56,288 nucleotides of DNA from Octopus bimaculoides (lineage: Eukaryota): positions 53,988,454 through 54,044,741 of the forward strand of contig NC_068996.1 of NCBI RefSeq assembly GCF_001194135.2, read 5' to 3'. The position numbers were made by a program, and so were the translations under genes. Position 1 is the stretch's first letter. Each line of letters begins with the position of its first letter. Shown piece by piece: positions 13,161-26,132 of the stretch. A model generated the notes under the pieces. The model saw only the letters and a program-made list of their open reading frames with translations, was not told the DNA's origin and searched no databases.

Positions 13161-15609
13161 TTGATAAAATCAAGTATATCTTCTACTGCCTTCTCTTGCT
13201 ATTATCTTTAAATATTTTAGAGGTAACTAAATTTCACTCAAATCTTCAACTGTCTGAGTTAATAGAATACCAAGTTCCAACCGGTTGAATCAAGGGATAG
13301 GCTCTGCGCTGTTTCCATGCTAATTGCATTTAATTTTTAGCTGAATCATAACACCTAACTATGAATATTTATACAATAATCATCACTGTATAATCATTGC
13401 CTTTCATTAGCTTGTAGTTTTGATTTATATCCGAAAAACTACTAAAAATTCAATATTAAACAATAAATTCCAATTGTTCACATCTATTTTGCAGTTGAAC
13501 ATGGGATAGGGTTTTGATTCACACTTCTTGTAAAGCTGTCTGTATAATAACACATTCCATGTTTATCATGGAACAAATAGCCATTCATGACCCACTAAAG
13601 ATTCCACGACAACAACAATTTTGAACCCTTATTAATCTAATATGTCAACCCTTGTTATTGAAGAGGAATAAATATATTGTACGTATTTTGTAGATTAATA
13701 GTAAATTAAAATCTTAAGCAAATTACGTGATGGATGTATAAGATCACACGAAAAACAAGAGTATTATTTCATTAGGATGGAAATTTTATAAAAATGATAT
13801 GAACTGAAAATAATTGTACAAAATGCTGGCTCATTTGGGGATTTCCTTTGTGAAAATATATTGATGGCGACTAATATGTTTTAGTTAACGAAGCAAATCA
13901 AAAGGTCTTTAGAGAATAATTCTGCTAATAGAGTTCGCTGCTTTCAAGTGAAGTAAAAGTATATTGATCAATTACCAGCAACAACAGAATAAATGTTCAT
14001 TATTTATTTTACACTTTGAACATACGTTTACATTGTTAAAAAAACTGCACACACAGAATGAAAATAAAACATTACTCTGCTTCATAAAGAAGGTATATGC
14101 TACGAGCACAATTCTTTTAAACATTGGATTTAGTACATAAAACAGCACTGAGCTAACGATCAATATTTCGTTGTGAGGTAGATCTAATAAATCAGAATAC
14201 ATATGAACGTATTGAAGACATGGAAATATTAAGAAAATAAAAGTATATTGTTATGTCTAGATCAGAGATTCTAGGTCAGGAGAATCCATACCGTCTGGTG
14301 TATGGGGACACAAAAGTAGGGTCTAGGAAACACCTGAATAAATATTTATGATTTTCTTTATAATCCATAAATAAAATAAAACCAATCTATTAATATTTTG
14401 CAGTCATATTGGCAACTACTTGGACTGGTGATGATGTTGGTTTTGGTAGTATAGCAAAGATGGTATAGGGACATATGGGTAAACCTTGATGGCTGGAGGA
14501 TGGTATCATAAAATTATTAATAATGTTTAGTTAAGAAGGTTCTCAAACGTTATATCATTCGATAAAATAGTTTGTAAAATACTGGATGAATAACACTTGT
14601 TTATAGACAATACCGTGTAAATCAAAACTGAAATAAATCTAAATATTTAAAAGCCTTATTGTGGGTTAAATGTGAATGTAAGCATATTTATTTTCTATAC
14701 AGTTGATACGCAGAAACAAAATATGTAGGGAGACTCCTGATAGACCGTTAAGGGATCGTGTAATATTTAAATATATTATTGTTCTTCTCATTTACACTAT
14801 GTTATGTAACATTTAATTTGTGACAAAGCACAAATATAAAAATTAGGCAATTCATACGGTATTAGTCTAATTTATGACTACTGCATAAGCAGCTGATCTC
14901 TGCTATTGGTTTGGGAAGGAAACCAGTGACTTTTCTCATAGGAATAGGTAACAAACCGTGAGATGGTCTGTTAGGGGCCTCCCACCCTCTTTTCTCTGCG
15001 TATCAGCAGTTTAGAAAGTGTTTACATTTTTAGTTAATTCACAGTTAGGCTTTACAATATTTAGATTTATTTCAGTTCTTTTGTATGAATAAACTATTTC
15101 AACTGAAACGTTTTAGAAACAGTTGTTTATTGGTACACACATGTTAATGTTGCTGCTGCTGTTGTTATTGTTTAACCCTGGTATAATGCATATCTAATCA
15201 AACACAATTTAGCATTCTCATAATCAAACCTTTATTTAGTAAAGTGAATAACACACACGAAGAAATGATCCAACAATCACTTTTGATCAGTTAAAATCAC
15301 ACATGTAAATGGAACAAAAGTCATAAGCATTAACAAGAATTGTTAAGGAAGACAAGGGAGAGAACTCGGAACTTTATACTGATTAACAAGTAGGAAGTGA
15401 AATGAACTTGATCTATGAGAATACCTTGATAACTCAGGACATGTTTTAGTGTAACAGTGAAATATAATCTAACACATGTTTACTAGATCTCAGAACGATT
15501 CTGATAGCCTTTTGTGACGAAATAATTAAATAATTACTTTTAAATAATGACATTGGTACATAACTTCACTCAGTTTTCAATAAGAAAGATTGACCGTCGT
15601 TGAACATTA

Positions 15610-15732
15610 ACCCAGATAGATCGGCAGAATTATTAGGGCATCCAAAGAGTGCTTGTAGTGTTTAGCTATGAGCTTTTACGATTTGAATTCAAATCCCATC
15701 GAATACAGCTTTGTTTTTCATTCTTCCGGGGT
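15610..15732 (+). mobile_element. Degenerate SINE family B
   Basis: ggcagaatt.ttag...ttcaaatccc...ctttgtttttcattcttccgggg resembles 30114-30333. Confidence 0.4.
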
Positions 15733-16475
15733 AATATATATATAAAACGTAAAATATATATCAATTATAGGGATATGTATATATATATATATATNNNNNN
15801 NNNNNNNNNNNNNNNNNNNNNNNNNNNNNNNNNNNNNNNNNNNNNNNNNNNNNNNNNNNNNNNNNNNNNNNNNNNNNNNNNNNNNNNNNNNNNNNNNNNN
15901 NNNNNNNNNNNNNNNNNNNNNNNNNNNNNNNNNNNNNNNNNNNNNNNNNNNNNNNNNNNNNNNNNNNNNNNNNNNNNNNNNNNNNNNNNNNNNNNNNNNN
16001 NNNNNNNNNNNNNNNNNNNNNNNNNNNNNNNNNNNNNNNNNNNNNNNNNNNNNNNNNNNNNNNNNNNNNNNNNNNNNNNNNNNNNNNNNNNNNNNNNNNN
16101 NNNNNNNNNNNNNNNNNNNNNNNNNNNNNNNNNNNNNNNNNNNNNNNNNNNNNNNNNNNNNNNNNNNNNNNNNNNNNNNNNNNNNNNNNNNNNNNNNNNN
16201 NNNNNNNNNNNNNNNNNNNNNNNNNNNNNNNNNNNNNNNNNNNNNNNNNNNNNNNNNNNNNNNNNNNNNNNNNNNNNNNNNNNNNNNNNNNNNNNNNNNN
16301 NNNNNNNNNNNNNNNNNNNNNNNNNNNNNNNNNNNNNNNNNNNNNNNNNNNNNNNNNNNNNNNNNNNNNNNNNNNNNNNNNNNNNNNNNNNNNNNNNNNN
16401 NNNNNNNNNNNNNNNNNNNNNNNNNNNNNNNNNNNNNNNNNNNNNNNNNNNNNNNNNNNNNNNNNNNNNNNNNNN

Positions 16476-16690
16476 NGAATTTAGGGTTTTTGTTTCTGGC
16501 GCAAGAGTCTATGTGGCCACTGAGTGGAATTTGGCGGTATTGAGGGAGGTTTATTTGTTCTTTATGGACAGCTACTCTTCTACGTAATGGTAGGCTCGTC
16601 TGTCCGATATAGAAGTTTTGGCAACCTGCGCAAGTAAGGACATAAATGAGGTTACCAGAGGAACAAGAGAAATTGGTTTTAATTTAAAAC
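16476..16690 (-). mobile_element. Penelope-like GIY-YIG endonuclease fragment
   Basis: The minus strand reads CSSGNLIYVLTCAGCQNFYIGQTSLPLRRRVAVHKEQINLPQYRQIPLSGHIDSCARNKNPKF: IY..C..C..YIG.T plus the downstream H of the PLE CCHH motif. Confidence 0.9.
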
Positions 16691-17320
16691 TTTGTTCCTC
16701 GTTATATATATATATATATATATATTCCTATAATACCTTTAGTTCCTATAAGTGATTTTTACCATTCTATAAAATTCGACCTTTGACTGTCTTCTTACAT
16801 TGCACTTCTACTAAATATATCTACTTCCATTCCTTTAAGTTTTATTCTAATTCACTTATCGCTCTATATCTCTCCACTATTAGTTTACTGATAATTTCTT
16901 TCTGTCTCCTCCATCTCTTTCTATAAACTACCTTGACGTATCTACTAACGGTTTAAAAAAAAAACTCAATAGCGTTCCCTTCATCATATACGCAGTCATC
17001 ACATTCTGTTAAAACGTCTTATTGATATGTTTGGTTTCTTTCTTTCCCTGATGAGAAGATTGCATTGTTTTACAATATTATATTCCTTCTGGAATAACAG
17101 CAATGTTGTCTTCGAAACATATGTCGGAAGTAAAAGAATTTGAATAACACCTACGTTTAACTCCATTTGTTTATTTATCTATTTTATACAAAACATTTCA
17201 CCTAAACCTGGAGTTTCTATCTTTATAAATAGGCTGTTACATTCTTGGTACTTGTGTGAATTTTTGCTACCTTGGTAACTATTTATTTATTTTTTCCGAG
17301 TTATTTGTAAACACTGGAAA

Positions 17321-17359
<39 letters not shown>

Positions 17360-17678
17360 CACGCACACACACACGCACACACACACGCACACACGCATAC
17401 ACATATGCACACACATACACACGCATTAATGCGGCTGTTTTAAAGAATAGGATTATAAGAGAAAACAAAAGATAGGGCAACTTCTTCATATTATCCCTAA
17501 AATCCATTGCCTTCTAGGTCTAAAAAGAGCCGAAATGCTAACTAATTAGTGATATTCGTATCTACTTAAAAGCATTAAACACAGTCAAGGGAAATGCAAA
17601 CGTTTGTTTGAATTAAGTAGATTAAAACAAGAAGTTTTTGCTACATATAAGTTCGTTTGTGGTTATACCATCGCCTAT

Positions 17679-18035
17679 GGCTGTGTGGACGTAAGTTTGC
17701 TTCTCAACCACCTGGTTCCGGGTTCAGTCTCACTGCGTGGCACCTCGTCAGAAGATTTGGTTGACAGAAACTGAAAGAAGTTCGTCGTATATGTGTGTTT
17801 GTGTACGCGCGTGTTTTGTGTGTGTGTTTGTCCCCCACCAGCGCTTGATAACCGGTGATGGTGTGTTTACGTCCCCGTAACTTAACGGTTCAGCCAAAAT
17901 GACCGATAAAATAAGTACGAGGCTTAAAAAAAGACGTAAGTCCTCGGGTCGATTTGTTTAACTACGACCCTTCAAGGCGGTGCTCCAGTATGGCCGCAGT
18001 CAGATCTGAAACAAGTAAACTATAAAAGATAAAAG
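17679..18035 (+). mobile_element. SINE family A, near full length
   Basis: Head with B box ggttcagtctc, internal TG tract, and 3' ggcggtgctccagtatggccgcagtc..ctgaaacaagtaaa with an A-rich tail. Confidence 0.85.
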
Positions 18036-18544
18036 ACAACATAGTGATGTGCCGCTGATTCTGAGCAGAGAAATATAAAAAGAATATCAAGATCATACGG
18101 AAGTAAAGCGAAGCTACCGGAAGTTGTATTCATTGCTCGTTGTGCACGTCAACTATAACTTCATGAAACGGCGTACCCGTAATTTTGTGAGTTACCCAAA
18201 GCAAAGTTAATAACAAATTTGTGGAGGTAAAGCCACCCAACTTATAAAAAGTATAGCTTTATATGTTTTCTCTTATAATTCGTATGATTTAATCAGTACA
18301 GGTTTGGTTAGGACAAAATCGATTTAATATGAAATTTGAGAATCTAGAATGTACACAGCGTTAGCGTCATAATTAAATATTTGCGGGCCATTACACTATT
18401 AGCTGAATCGAATTATGGATTGTGCTAGTAAGTAACTGGACCATTAGATCGTCATTATTACTGAATCCCCACCCCGTGTGTGAGTGTGTGTGTGTGTGTG
18501 TCTGTGTCTGTGTCTGTGTGCCCGGGCGAGTGAGTGTGCACGAG

Positions 18545-18581
<37 letters not shown>

Positions 18582-18869
18582 GTGCGTGAGTGTTTGTGTT
18601 TGTGCGTGTGTGTTTAACTAAGACATTATTTACATAAAGTTGAAGTCTGTGTGAACTGCTAATCACAGCTTCTTGTTTCGGTCCTTAGGACCATGAACGA
18701 TTTAAACTCCGTCTAATGACTCACGAAAACTCAACTTTGAATAAATAGTGTTATTGTACCTGGTCTAACATTCTCGGGTACGTTTTACATTTAATTGATA
18801 TTCACTTGTATATAAACCCAGTTCATCCATCTTTCCCTCCCTCCATCCATCTATCCATCCATCAAGGTC

Positions 18870-19000
18870 TGTATGTATGTATGTATGTATGTATGTATGT
18901 ATGTATGTATGCACATATGTATGCATGCATGTATGTGTGGATGACATGTATGTATGCATGTATGTATGTGTGTATGTATGTATGTATGTGTGAATGTATG
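18870..19000. repeat. (TATG)n = (CATA)n at the 3' end of the R4-like LINE
   Basis: Direct inspection. Confidence 0.9.
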
Positions 19001-19004
19001 TCAT

Positions 19005-20345
19005 TCAGTTTATTTTAAGATTTCTAGCCAATAGAGAAAGAACCGGTTTCTAACCTAGATCCAAGGCGTCTTCATTGGAATTTCAACATCAACAACAGGA
19101 TATGTATGTATGCATGTATGTATGTATGTCTTCTCATGCTTATACTTGCATATTTAGACATGCTCATACATCTTTTAAAAAAAAACTTCTGGAAAGTTTT
19201 ACAAATTTTTACTGTTCCACTGATGGATTGGATCTGTAGTCTTCGAATTAGCTTTCTCCTTCCTGGTTTTGAGAAGCCTAATTCCTCAAGATTGGTATTT
19301 AGGCAGTGTGTTACATATCCCAGCACCCCAATAATTACAGGTATAAACCTGAACTTGTAATCTGGATAGAGTAACTGCAGGTTTCTCAATAGTTCAGCAT
19401 AAGTGTTCTCCTTTTCACTGATCTTCAGCTTTATGTTAACATCTGTTGGGCAACTAATTTCTCCAACTGTGCACAGTTTTTCTTCTCCATCCCAAATCGT
19501 TATATCAGGCCCATTGTGCTTACATTTTATTGAGGTCTTCACTGGGACATTACACCAGTATTCCTTTTTATTATGAGTGGCATGGCTTCCACTATACTGT
19601 GGGTTATTATTTTTTTGTCCTTGGGGTTATCCTTTTGGTGGATCTCATTATGCAGTGTCCTAGCTACAACATCCTGTCTCATCAGTAGATAATACTGTGA
19701 TGACATTTTCGGACAACTGCTTATGATGTAGGTGATGTCATCGGTGTTAACTCCACAAAGACTGTATTGGTTGTCACATTTTGCTGCATTTTTTAAGTCT
19801 CTTCCCCTTTTGTGCATCAGGTATTTGGTTTATATTTCCTGTTCCTGGATTACAAACGCATAACCTTGTGGGAGGTAGTAATCCGGTTGTTGGTCCATGA
19901 TAGACTGCTTTGATAGTCAATGTTACTATCATCTCGGAGCTTTCTGCTAACATAGCCATGCATGGTCTTCTGCATATATTCGCTCATCCTTTCACCTACT
20001 GATATGTCGTGGTAAAGTCGTGCAACGTCTTTGGGCATGTATATAAGGCTATCACAACCTTATTCTGCACAAGGGGCTCTGCACAAGGGGTTCTGCACAA
20101 GGAGCTGTTTTCCAAGTTTCATGATGGCATTAGCTTCATTTATGCAAACTTGGTCAAGGAGAGCACTTCGACACTTGATGCTTAAAAGATGTTGCCGAAG
20201 GGATATGATATGACATTCAAAGACAGTTTGGATCGACATTAAACCTTTGCTCCCACCCCACACTGTTTTCGTTTTAGGTAGAGGCGGTCTACGTTAGTGT
20301 CGATGTGGAAATTATGTGTGCTGGTTAGTAGCTTCCGGGTTTTCA
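19005..20345 (-). mobile_element. 5'-truncated R4-like RLE LINE (thumb, CCHC, PD-(D/E)xK, 3'UTR)
   Basis: TRKLLTSTHNFHIDTNVDRLYLKRK..G..GLMSI (thumb). SLCGVNTDDITYIISSCPKMSSQYYLLMRQDVVARTLH (decayed CCHC). PDITIWDGEEKLCTVGEISCP (RLE). Multiple frameshifts. Confidence 0.9.
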
Positions 20346-21340
20346 CATGTATGTATGCATTTATTATGTATGTGTGTATCTATGTATGCATGAACATCTA
20401 AGTCTCACTACTCCTCTTGTAAACGTCTAATAAATACGTACTGTACAAAAAGTATTCAGTAATTCTTCAGATTAATGTTCACAGTTCACGTCTTTGTTTT
20501 TATAATAATTTCACATAGAAACAAACAATATGTATATATATATATATATATAGTGTAGTATATTGCCACTTAAGTGTGGCTGACCCCTAGGGTTGGATGT
20601 TACTGTTGCTTTTAGCCCCAGGAGGACATCTCCTCCAGCTGGCTTATCGACACACTACTGTGTCCTGTTTGCCAAGGGAAGTTATCCCTCCCATCATGAT
20701 CTGTAGCACGAACGGACCCGGGTTTCAGGGTTTGGCAAACAGGACACAGTAGTGTGTCGATAAGCCAGCTGGAGGAGATGTCCTCCTGGGGCTANNNNNN
20801 NNNNNNNNNNNNNNNNNNNNNNNNNNNNNNNNNNNNNNNNNNNNNNNNNNNNNNNNNNNNNNNNNNNNNNNNNNNNNNNNNNNNNNNNNNNNNNNNNNNN
20901 NNNNNNNNNNNNNNNNNNNNNNNNNNNNNNNNNNNNNNNNNNNNNNNNNNNNNNNNNNNNNNNNNNNNNNNNNNNNNNNNNNNNNNNNNNNNNNNNNNNN
21001 NNNNNNNNNNNNNNNNNNNNNNNNNNNNNNNNNNNNNNNNNNNNNNNNNNNNNNNNNNNNNNNNNNNNNGAGGCGGTCTACGTTAGTGTCGATGTGGAAA
21101 TTATGTGTGCTGGTTAGTAGCTTCCGGGTTTTCACATGTATGTATGCATTTATTATGTATGTGTGTATCTATGTATGCATGAACATCTAAGTCTCACTAC
21201 TCCTCTTGTAAACGTCTAATAAATACGTACTGTACAAAAAGTATTCAGTAATTCTTCAGATTAATGTTCACAGTTCACGTCTTTGTTTTTATAATAATTT
21301 CACATAGAAACAAACAATATGTATATATATATATATATAT
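20281..21340. repeat. Near-identical ~270-bp direct duplication (20281-20551 and 21070-21340) across an N gap
   Basis: The two segments are essentially identical by eye. Confidence 0.9.
20613..20794. repeat. 63-bp perfect inverted repeat ending at a gap
   Basis: 20613-20675 is the reverse complement of 20732-20794. Confidence 0.9.
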
Positions 21341-21566
21341 ACATTATTTACATTATCTACATTTGACGGATATTCGTCCTCATCTTTTTGTTGTTAACAC
21401 AACGTTTCGGCTGATATACCCTCCAGCCTTCGTCACATATGCTAGGACACAACAACCTCCTAAGCAGACCGAGTGCAGATATGAATAGCATATGGGAACC
21501 GGTATTGAGGAAGGATAGAAAAATAATAGATTTATAAGCCTTAAAATTCACCCCATAATTGGCCAC

Positions 21567-21642
21567 GGGCATATGGCGTAGTGGTTAAGAGCGCGGGCTA
21601 CTAACCCCAAAGTTCCGAGTTCGATTCACGGCAGAGATCTGA
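21567..21642 (+). promoter_or_regulatory. tRNA-like internal Pol III promoter (tRNA-Arg-like SINE head; not a functional tRNA)
   Basis: GGGCATA-TGGCGTAGTGG (A box) ... GAGTTCGATT (B box). Resembles tRNA-Arg(ACG) from memory, but the acceptor stem does not pair. Confidence 0.75.
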
Positions 21643-21730
21643 TTAATAATAATAATAATAATAATAATATAATAATAATAATAATAGTAACATCGATAGG
21701 AATGAGAACCCAGGTTCGAAATTTCCCCAA

Positions 21731-21776
21731 GACACCTGACGAAGGCTGGAGGGTATATCAGCCGAAACGTTGTGTT
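21731..21776 (+). ncRNA. Minimal type-I hammerhead ribozyme motif
   Basis: GACAC CUGACGA A GGCUG-(10 nt)-CAGCC GAA ACGU U GUGUU: 5-bp stem I, 5-bp stem II, palindromic ACGU stem III. Predicted cut after 21771. Confidence 0.85.
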
Positions 21777-21934
21777 AACAACAAACAAGATGAGGACGAA
21801 TATCCGTCAAATGTAGATAATGTAAATAATGTAAATAATTCCTCATCTCTTAAATATAGAACTGTAATATATATATATATATATATTTATATATTTATAT
21901 ATATATATTTATGTATGTATTTATCTATGTGTGT

Positions 21935-22150
21935 CCTTGTATCTGTGTTTGTACACTCACCACCGCTTGGTAACCGGTGTTGGTGTGTTTACGTCCCCGT
22001 AATTTAGCAGTTCGACAAAAGAGACCAATGGAAAAGGTACTAGGCTTTAAAAGAAAATATAAAGGAAGTCCCTGGGGTTGATTTGTTCGGCTAAAACCCT
22101 TCCAGGCCGTGCTCCAGCATGGCTGCAGTTGAATAACTGAAACAAAAGAT
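21935..22150 (+). mobile_element. SINE family A 3' half
   Basis: ccaccgcttggtaaccggtgttggtgtgtttacgtccccgtaa...gctccagcatggctgcagt. Confidence 0.8.
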
Positions 22151-22312
22151 AAAAGATATATATGGAGGGACGGTCATTTTTTTTCTTACCAAATGAACAC
22201 ACTCGTTTATTGTTTTTCTTTTATCTTATTTTCTAAAGTCAATATACGGTGAATACTTATGTTTACAAATTTTCACACGTCACCGTCTCTTAAAATACGC
22301 AGTATACACATG

Positions 22313-22472
<160 letters not shown>

Positions 22473-23789
22473 GTTTGATCGACAAATTGATGCATATAAT
22501 ACATACACGCATACATTCACACGTACGTACATACATACGTGTCTGTGCTTGTATATGAATGCTTAGGCAAATGTACGTACTCGAAACGTGTGAGTATGTA
22601 TGTGTGTATGTGAGCATGCTCTTGTGTGTATAGATAATCGCTTATGTATCATACATTGTTCTGTATATTTTGAATAAAAAAATAAATATTGTGGACAATA
22701 AGTAATAATGATTTTGTGGTTAGTGTCACACACAATTACTTACTACTGGATACCTTGTAGGTAAACCACAAACAGCGCACCTGTTTATCGATTAGTTTCA
22801 ACAGGATATAAACATTAAAAATCAGTGGTCCTTGAATATACACAAAGAACAGTTTTACTTCAAAAAAAAAAAGTGTTAATTATTTGTCTAATCAGACTTT
22901 AAAGCAATCAGAACTGTATAATTATAGACAAAAGTCTCCTTTCAAAACTGTTTGCAGTTTAAAAAGAAATAACAGCAATAATTCCAATAAAATTAATTCA
23001 CTGGAATTTAGAGCAAAGAACTGAAAAAGCATTTCTTTCTTTCTGTCTTTCATTGAGTCCTGTTTGTCATGCCAATGGCACACAATATGGTCCACTTTAG
23101 TAAGTATACTTTTGCCTAAATATGTCAGTTGCTCTCACCAAACGGGTTTAAAGACAACTCCACTCACATAACCTTTCTTTTCTATACTTTTCAAAAGTTT
23201 CATTCAAACGATATTATTATTATTAGAGTTATACCTCTTGCACGTTGTTATTTTCCCTGTATTTTATACACCCCTAGAAGTAGATTTTTACCAACTATTT
23301 GCATGTACAACCTCAATTAATCAAAGTTTTTCAACTTACCGCATTACATTTATGAGACCCTACAGTAGTTTGTGTTCGGTGCGTGGAACGGTCCCCCGAG
23401 ATGTTTTATCTCTGTCATATTATTTGATAAAATTGAAAAAGAAAACATTCCATATAACCTTGACATAATAAAAGTACGTACTCTAAAATAGATCGCATTA
23501 AAACATTTCCCAGCGGTGATTTCTACTGGAAATTCTCCAAAGTCATTTTGAATTGCCTCTCCTCGAAGTCATTCTCAAGAATGGTTATTCAGTTGTCGGA
23601 TTATGGTTCACAGAGGAGTTTTCATGAGACTGAAACGTGTCATCGTACGTACCTTAAGTTAGACACTCCTTACGGCAAGTCTTCATTCCATTTTTTTATC
23701 AAGTTCTTCAGAGTTCTTATCCTTGCATTCCTAATTGTCATTAAGCGATTTTTTACTTGTTACTAGGTAGCAATTCAACTGATTAAACC

Positions 23790-23995
<206 letters not shown>

Positions 23996-24389
23996 TCTGC
24001 TTGTCTCTTTGTCTTTCAGTCTATGAAAATTGACCAATGTGAATCATGTAGACGGCAGAATACCAGGTACAAACCCTAACCCTAATCGTAACCCCAAATC
24101 TGTTGTCCTGGATGTACTATGGTTTTGTCTAGACGAGAACCAGACTGTTCACTCCGACATTGGTAACTATTATGAGACAGAGTGTTATAATCTGGATATG
24201 CGATAACCCATCCACTTTTTAATCTATTACTGTATCTATTTTGTTGTTACTAATGTTTAACCCCAGGTCAGCACTAAGTAAATTTATGATCAAACACATT
24301 TCGGAACTCAACGTTTCATCCTTCTTACGGACATTGAATATGTCGGATTACATTATGCAAAATACTTTTCGCTTTGCAAGATGGAAGAA

Positions 24390-24860
24390 GGATTGTTGAA
24401 AGGTTAAGTGTAATTTATTACATGTTAAACGATGACATAGTTTAATCCCAACCAAGTCTGTCCTGATCAAGCAGACCCATGGCCAACAGTATCCTTATCT
24501 TGACCAATCCGTCGTTTTAGCGGCGTGTGGGTCTTCATTAACCAATGCATCCATGTTTTTTTTTTCTCATGGGGGCAGAGTGTGACTTGTGGGAGATTTT
24601 GCTGCTTTTTCTAGTAGGCGAAGTGACAATATGAAACCTGGCTAAAGATGAAGCAGGTGAGATAAACTTAGAAAGAAACCGCTGTTCTACAATTAACATC
24701 TCAACACAATGTCTGGAACAACAGGTTTTAATGGTGCTGTAGCTAATTCTGTGTAATACCCCTACTGTTGGCACACGGTATATGTGAATGGTTTAAGTAT
24801 GTGAATTTAGCTGCTGTTTCTATGAAGACGAGAGACCACAGAGAGTTTTTCTCAGTGTAC
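24390..24860 (+). repeat. Unclassified ~470-bp repeat with an inverted copy at 30948-31385
   Basis: The reverse complement aligns by eye with a few indels. No ORF. Confidence 0.85.
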
Positions 24861-25494
24861 AAGTAAGTGTTGTCATAGTGTGACACTGCTTGAGTTTTTG
24901 TTGGGTTTCAGAATCTTGAAGACATTTTTTTTTTTACCAAACTTCCAGATTCTCTTAATTTGAAACTGTTTGTACGTGCTGTAGCAGCTTTTGTAGTTTC
25001 TGTTCAACCATCGGCGAATACTGAAGGAGTAAGATCTCTGATCAAAAGCATTCCATCGAAGATCATCTGGGAGAATGGACAGCTGTATTATTTAATGCAT
25101 TCTACAATACGGTGTAGTTTGAGGAAGAATTGGCTTCTATTTTAGCCTGTCAAGCAGGCACGTAGAAGTGGTTCGTAGTAAGAGTAGTTAGAGAGGTTGT
25201 TGAGATCAGGGACTTCTTTGGTCCTTTGCTGTTTTAACTATATGCATTTGGTATTTTCTAGCTCAGTGATTTTTGAGATTTTGAACTTCTACATTACTGT
25301 TTGGAGGTCTGACTGTAAGGCAGGATCAAAATCATCGTCGCAGTGGAATTAGATTTGCATTATTGGCTTATTTGTGTGGTTCTTTGACGGTCAGTTTTTG
25401 AGAAATGTGTGAAACGTGCGTTTACTTGTTGGTGTGTGGGCATATGATATGATGTTCTTGTCACGTTATGTGCGGTGTGTCCAATGGTGATAAT

Positions 25495-25598
25495 GAGGAA
25501 GATGACATTGATGACGATGATGCGGAGGAAGAGGAAGATAATGATGATGATGAGGAAGAGGAGGAGGAAGAGGAGGTGAAGGAAGACGATGATGAGGA
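25495..25598. repeat. GAR/GAT trinucleotide low-complexity tract
   Basis: Mixed GAT/GAG/GAA triplets with no credible flanking coding context. Confidence 0.8.
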
Positions 25599-25902
25599 TG
25601 CCTACATTGTATTTTACAGTTATTTTGTGATACATATGTTTGCAATTTATTTATATTTATTATTATCTGTGATTTATTACTATTAATTTCAACATTTTTA
25701 TTTGTTGCGGTTGTTTCGTCCCACGAAGCTCCTATCGAATAGACCTATAATTAAATTGCAGTTGCGAAGACTGCATTTATCTTTTCGGGTTCACATGATC
25801 GAACGCACCCTTCTTTTCTAATACGTTAGAGTTGGATTTGAAAAAGACTGCCAAGCATGTCACGCGACCTTGAATTCACCCTGTGTGTATGCTTGCGTGT
25901 GT

Positions 25903-26132
25903 TATTTCTTTACTACCCACAAGGGGCTACACACAGAGGGGACAAACAAAGACAGACAAACGGATTAAGTCGATTATATCGACCCCAGTGCGTAACTGGT
26001 ACTTATTTAATCGACCCCGAAAGGATGAAAGGCAAAGTCGACCTCGGCGGAATTTGAACTCAGAACGTAACGGCAGACGAAATACCGCTAAGCATTTCGC
26101 CCGGCGTGCTAACGTTTCTGCCAGCTCACCGC
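25903..26132 (-). mobile_element. tRNA-derived SINE family B (Meta/MESC-like central domain), full length
   Basis: The minus strand reads gcggtgagctggcagaaacgttagcacgcc...gagttcaaattccgccgaggtcgactttgcctttcatcctttcggggtcgattaaataagtaccag. The domain name is recalled, not searched. Confidence 0.85.

Larger units (their letters stand above)
21341..21864 (+). mobile_element. 5'-truncated PLE-type insertion with inverted terminal segment: ORF end + tRNA-like head + (TAA)n + hammerhead
   Basis: Inverted arm 21341-21435. HMLGHNNLLSRPSADMNSIWEPVLRKDRKIIDL* at 21436-21537 (PLE-like C-terminus). A/B boxes at 21574-21628, (TAA)n at ~21644-21688, HHR at 21731-21776. Homologous copies at 51513 and 55951. 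Confidence 0.75.

Noticed and set aside
20575-20700. HDV-like ribozyme at a LINE 5' end
   Set aside because: I could not assign the nested double pseudoknot by eye. The adjacent perfect inverted repeat ends at a gap and may be an artefact.
21567-21642. tRNA gene (apparent anticodon ACT)
   Set aside because: The acceptor stem does not pair and it is part of a repeated composite, so it is a SINE-type head. The same applies to 51698-51770, 55465-55530 and 56203-56270.
24073-24090. Telomere-like AACCCTAACCCTAA (also ~33715)
   Set aside because: Only about 2 units inside probable MITE-like sequence, so not an interstitial telomere array.
24818-24850. CTATGAAGAC..GAGA as a hammerhead
   Set aside because: The core lacks G5 spacing and there is no stem II-GAAA junction.
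25468-25686. Acidic D/E-rich protein exon
   Set aside because: Pure trinucleotide low-complexity tract with no domain or convincing splice context.
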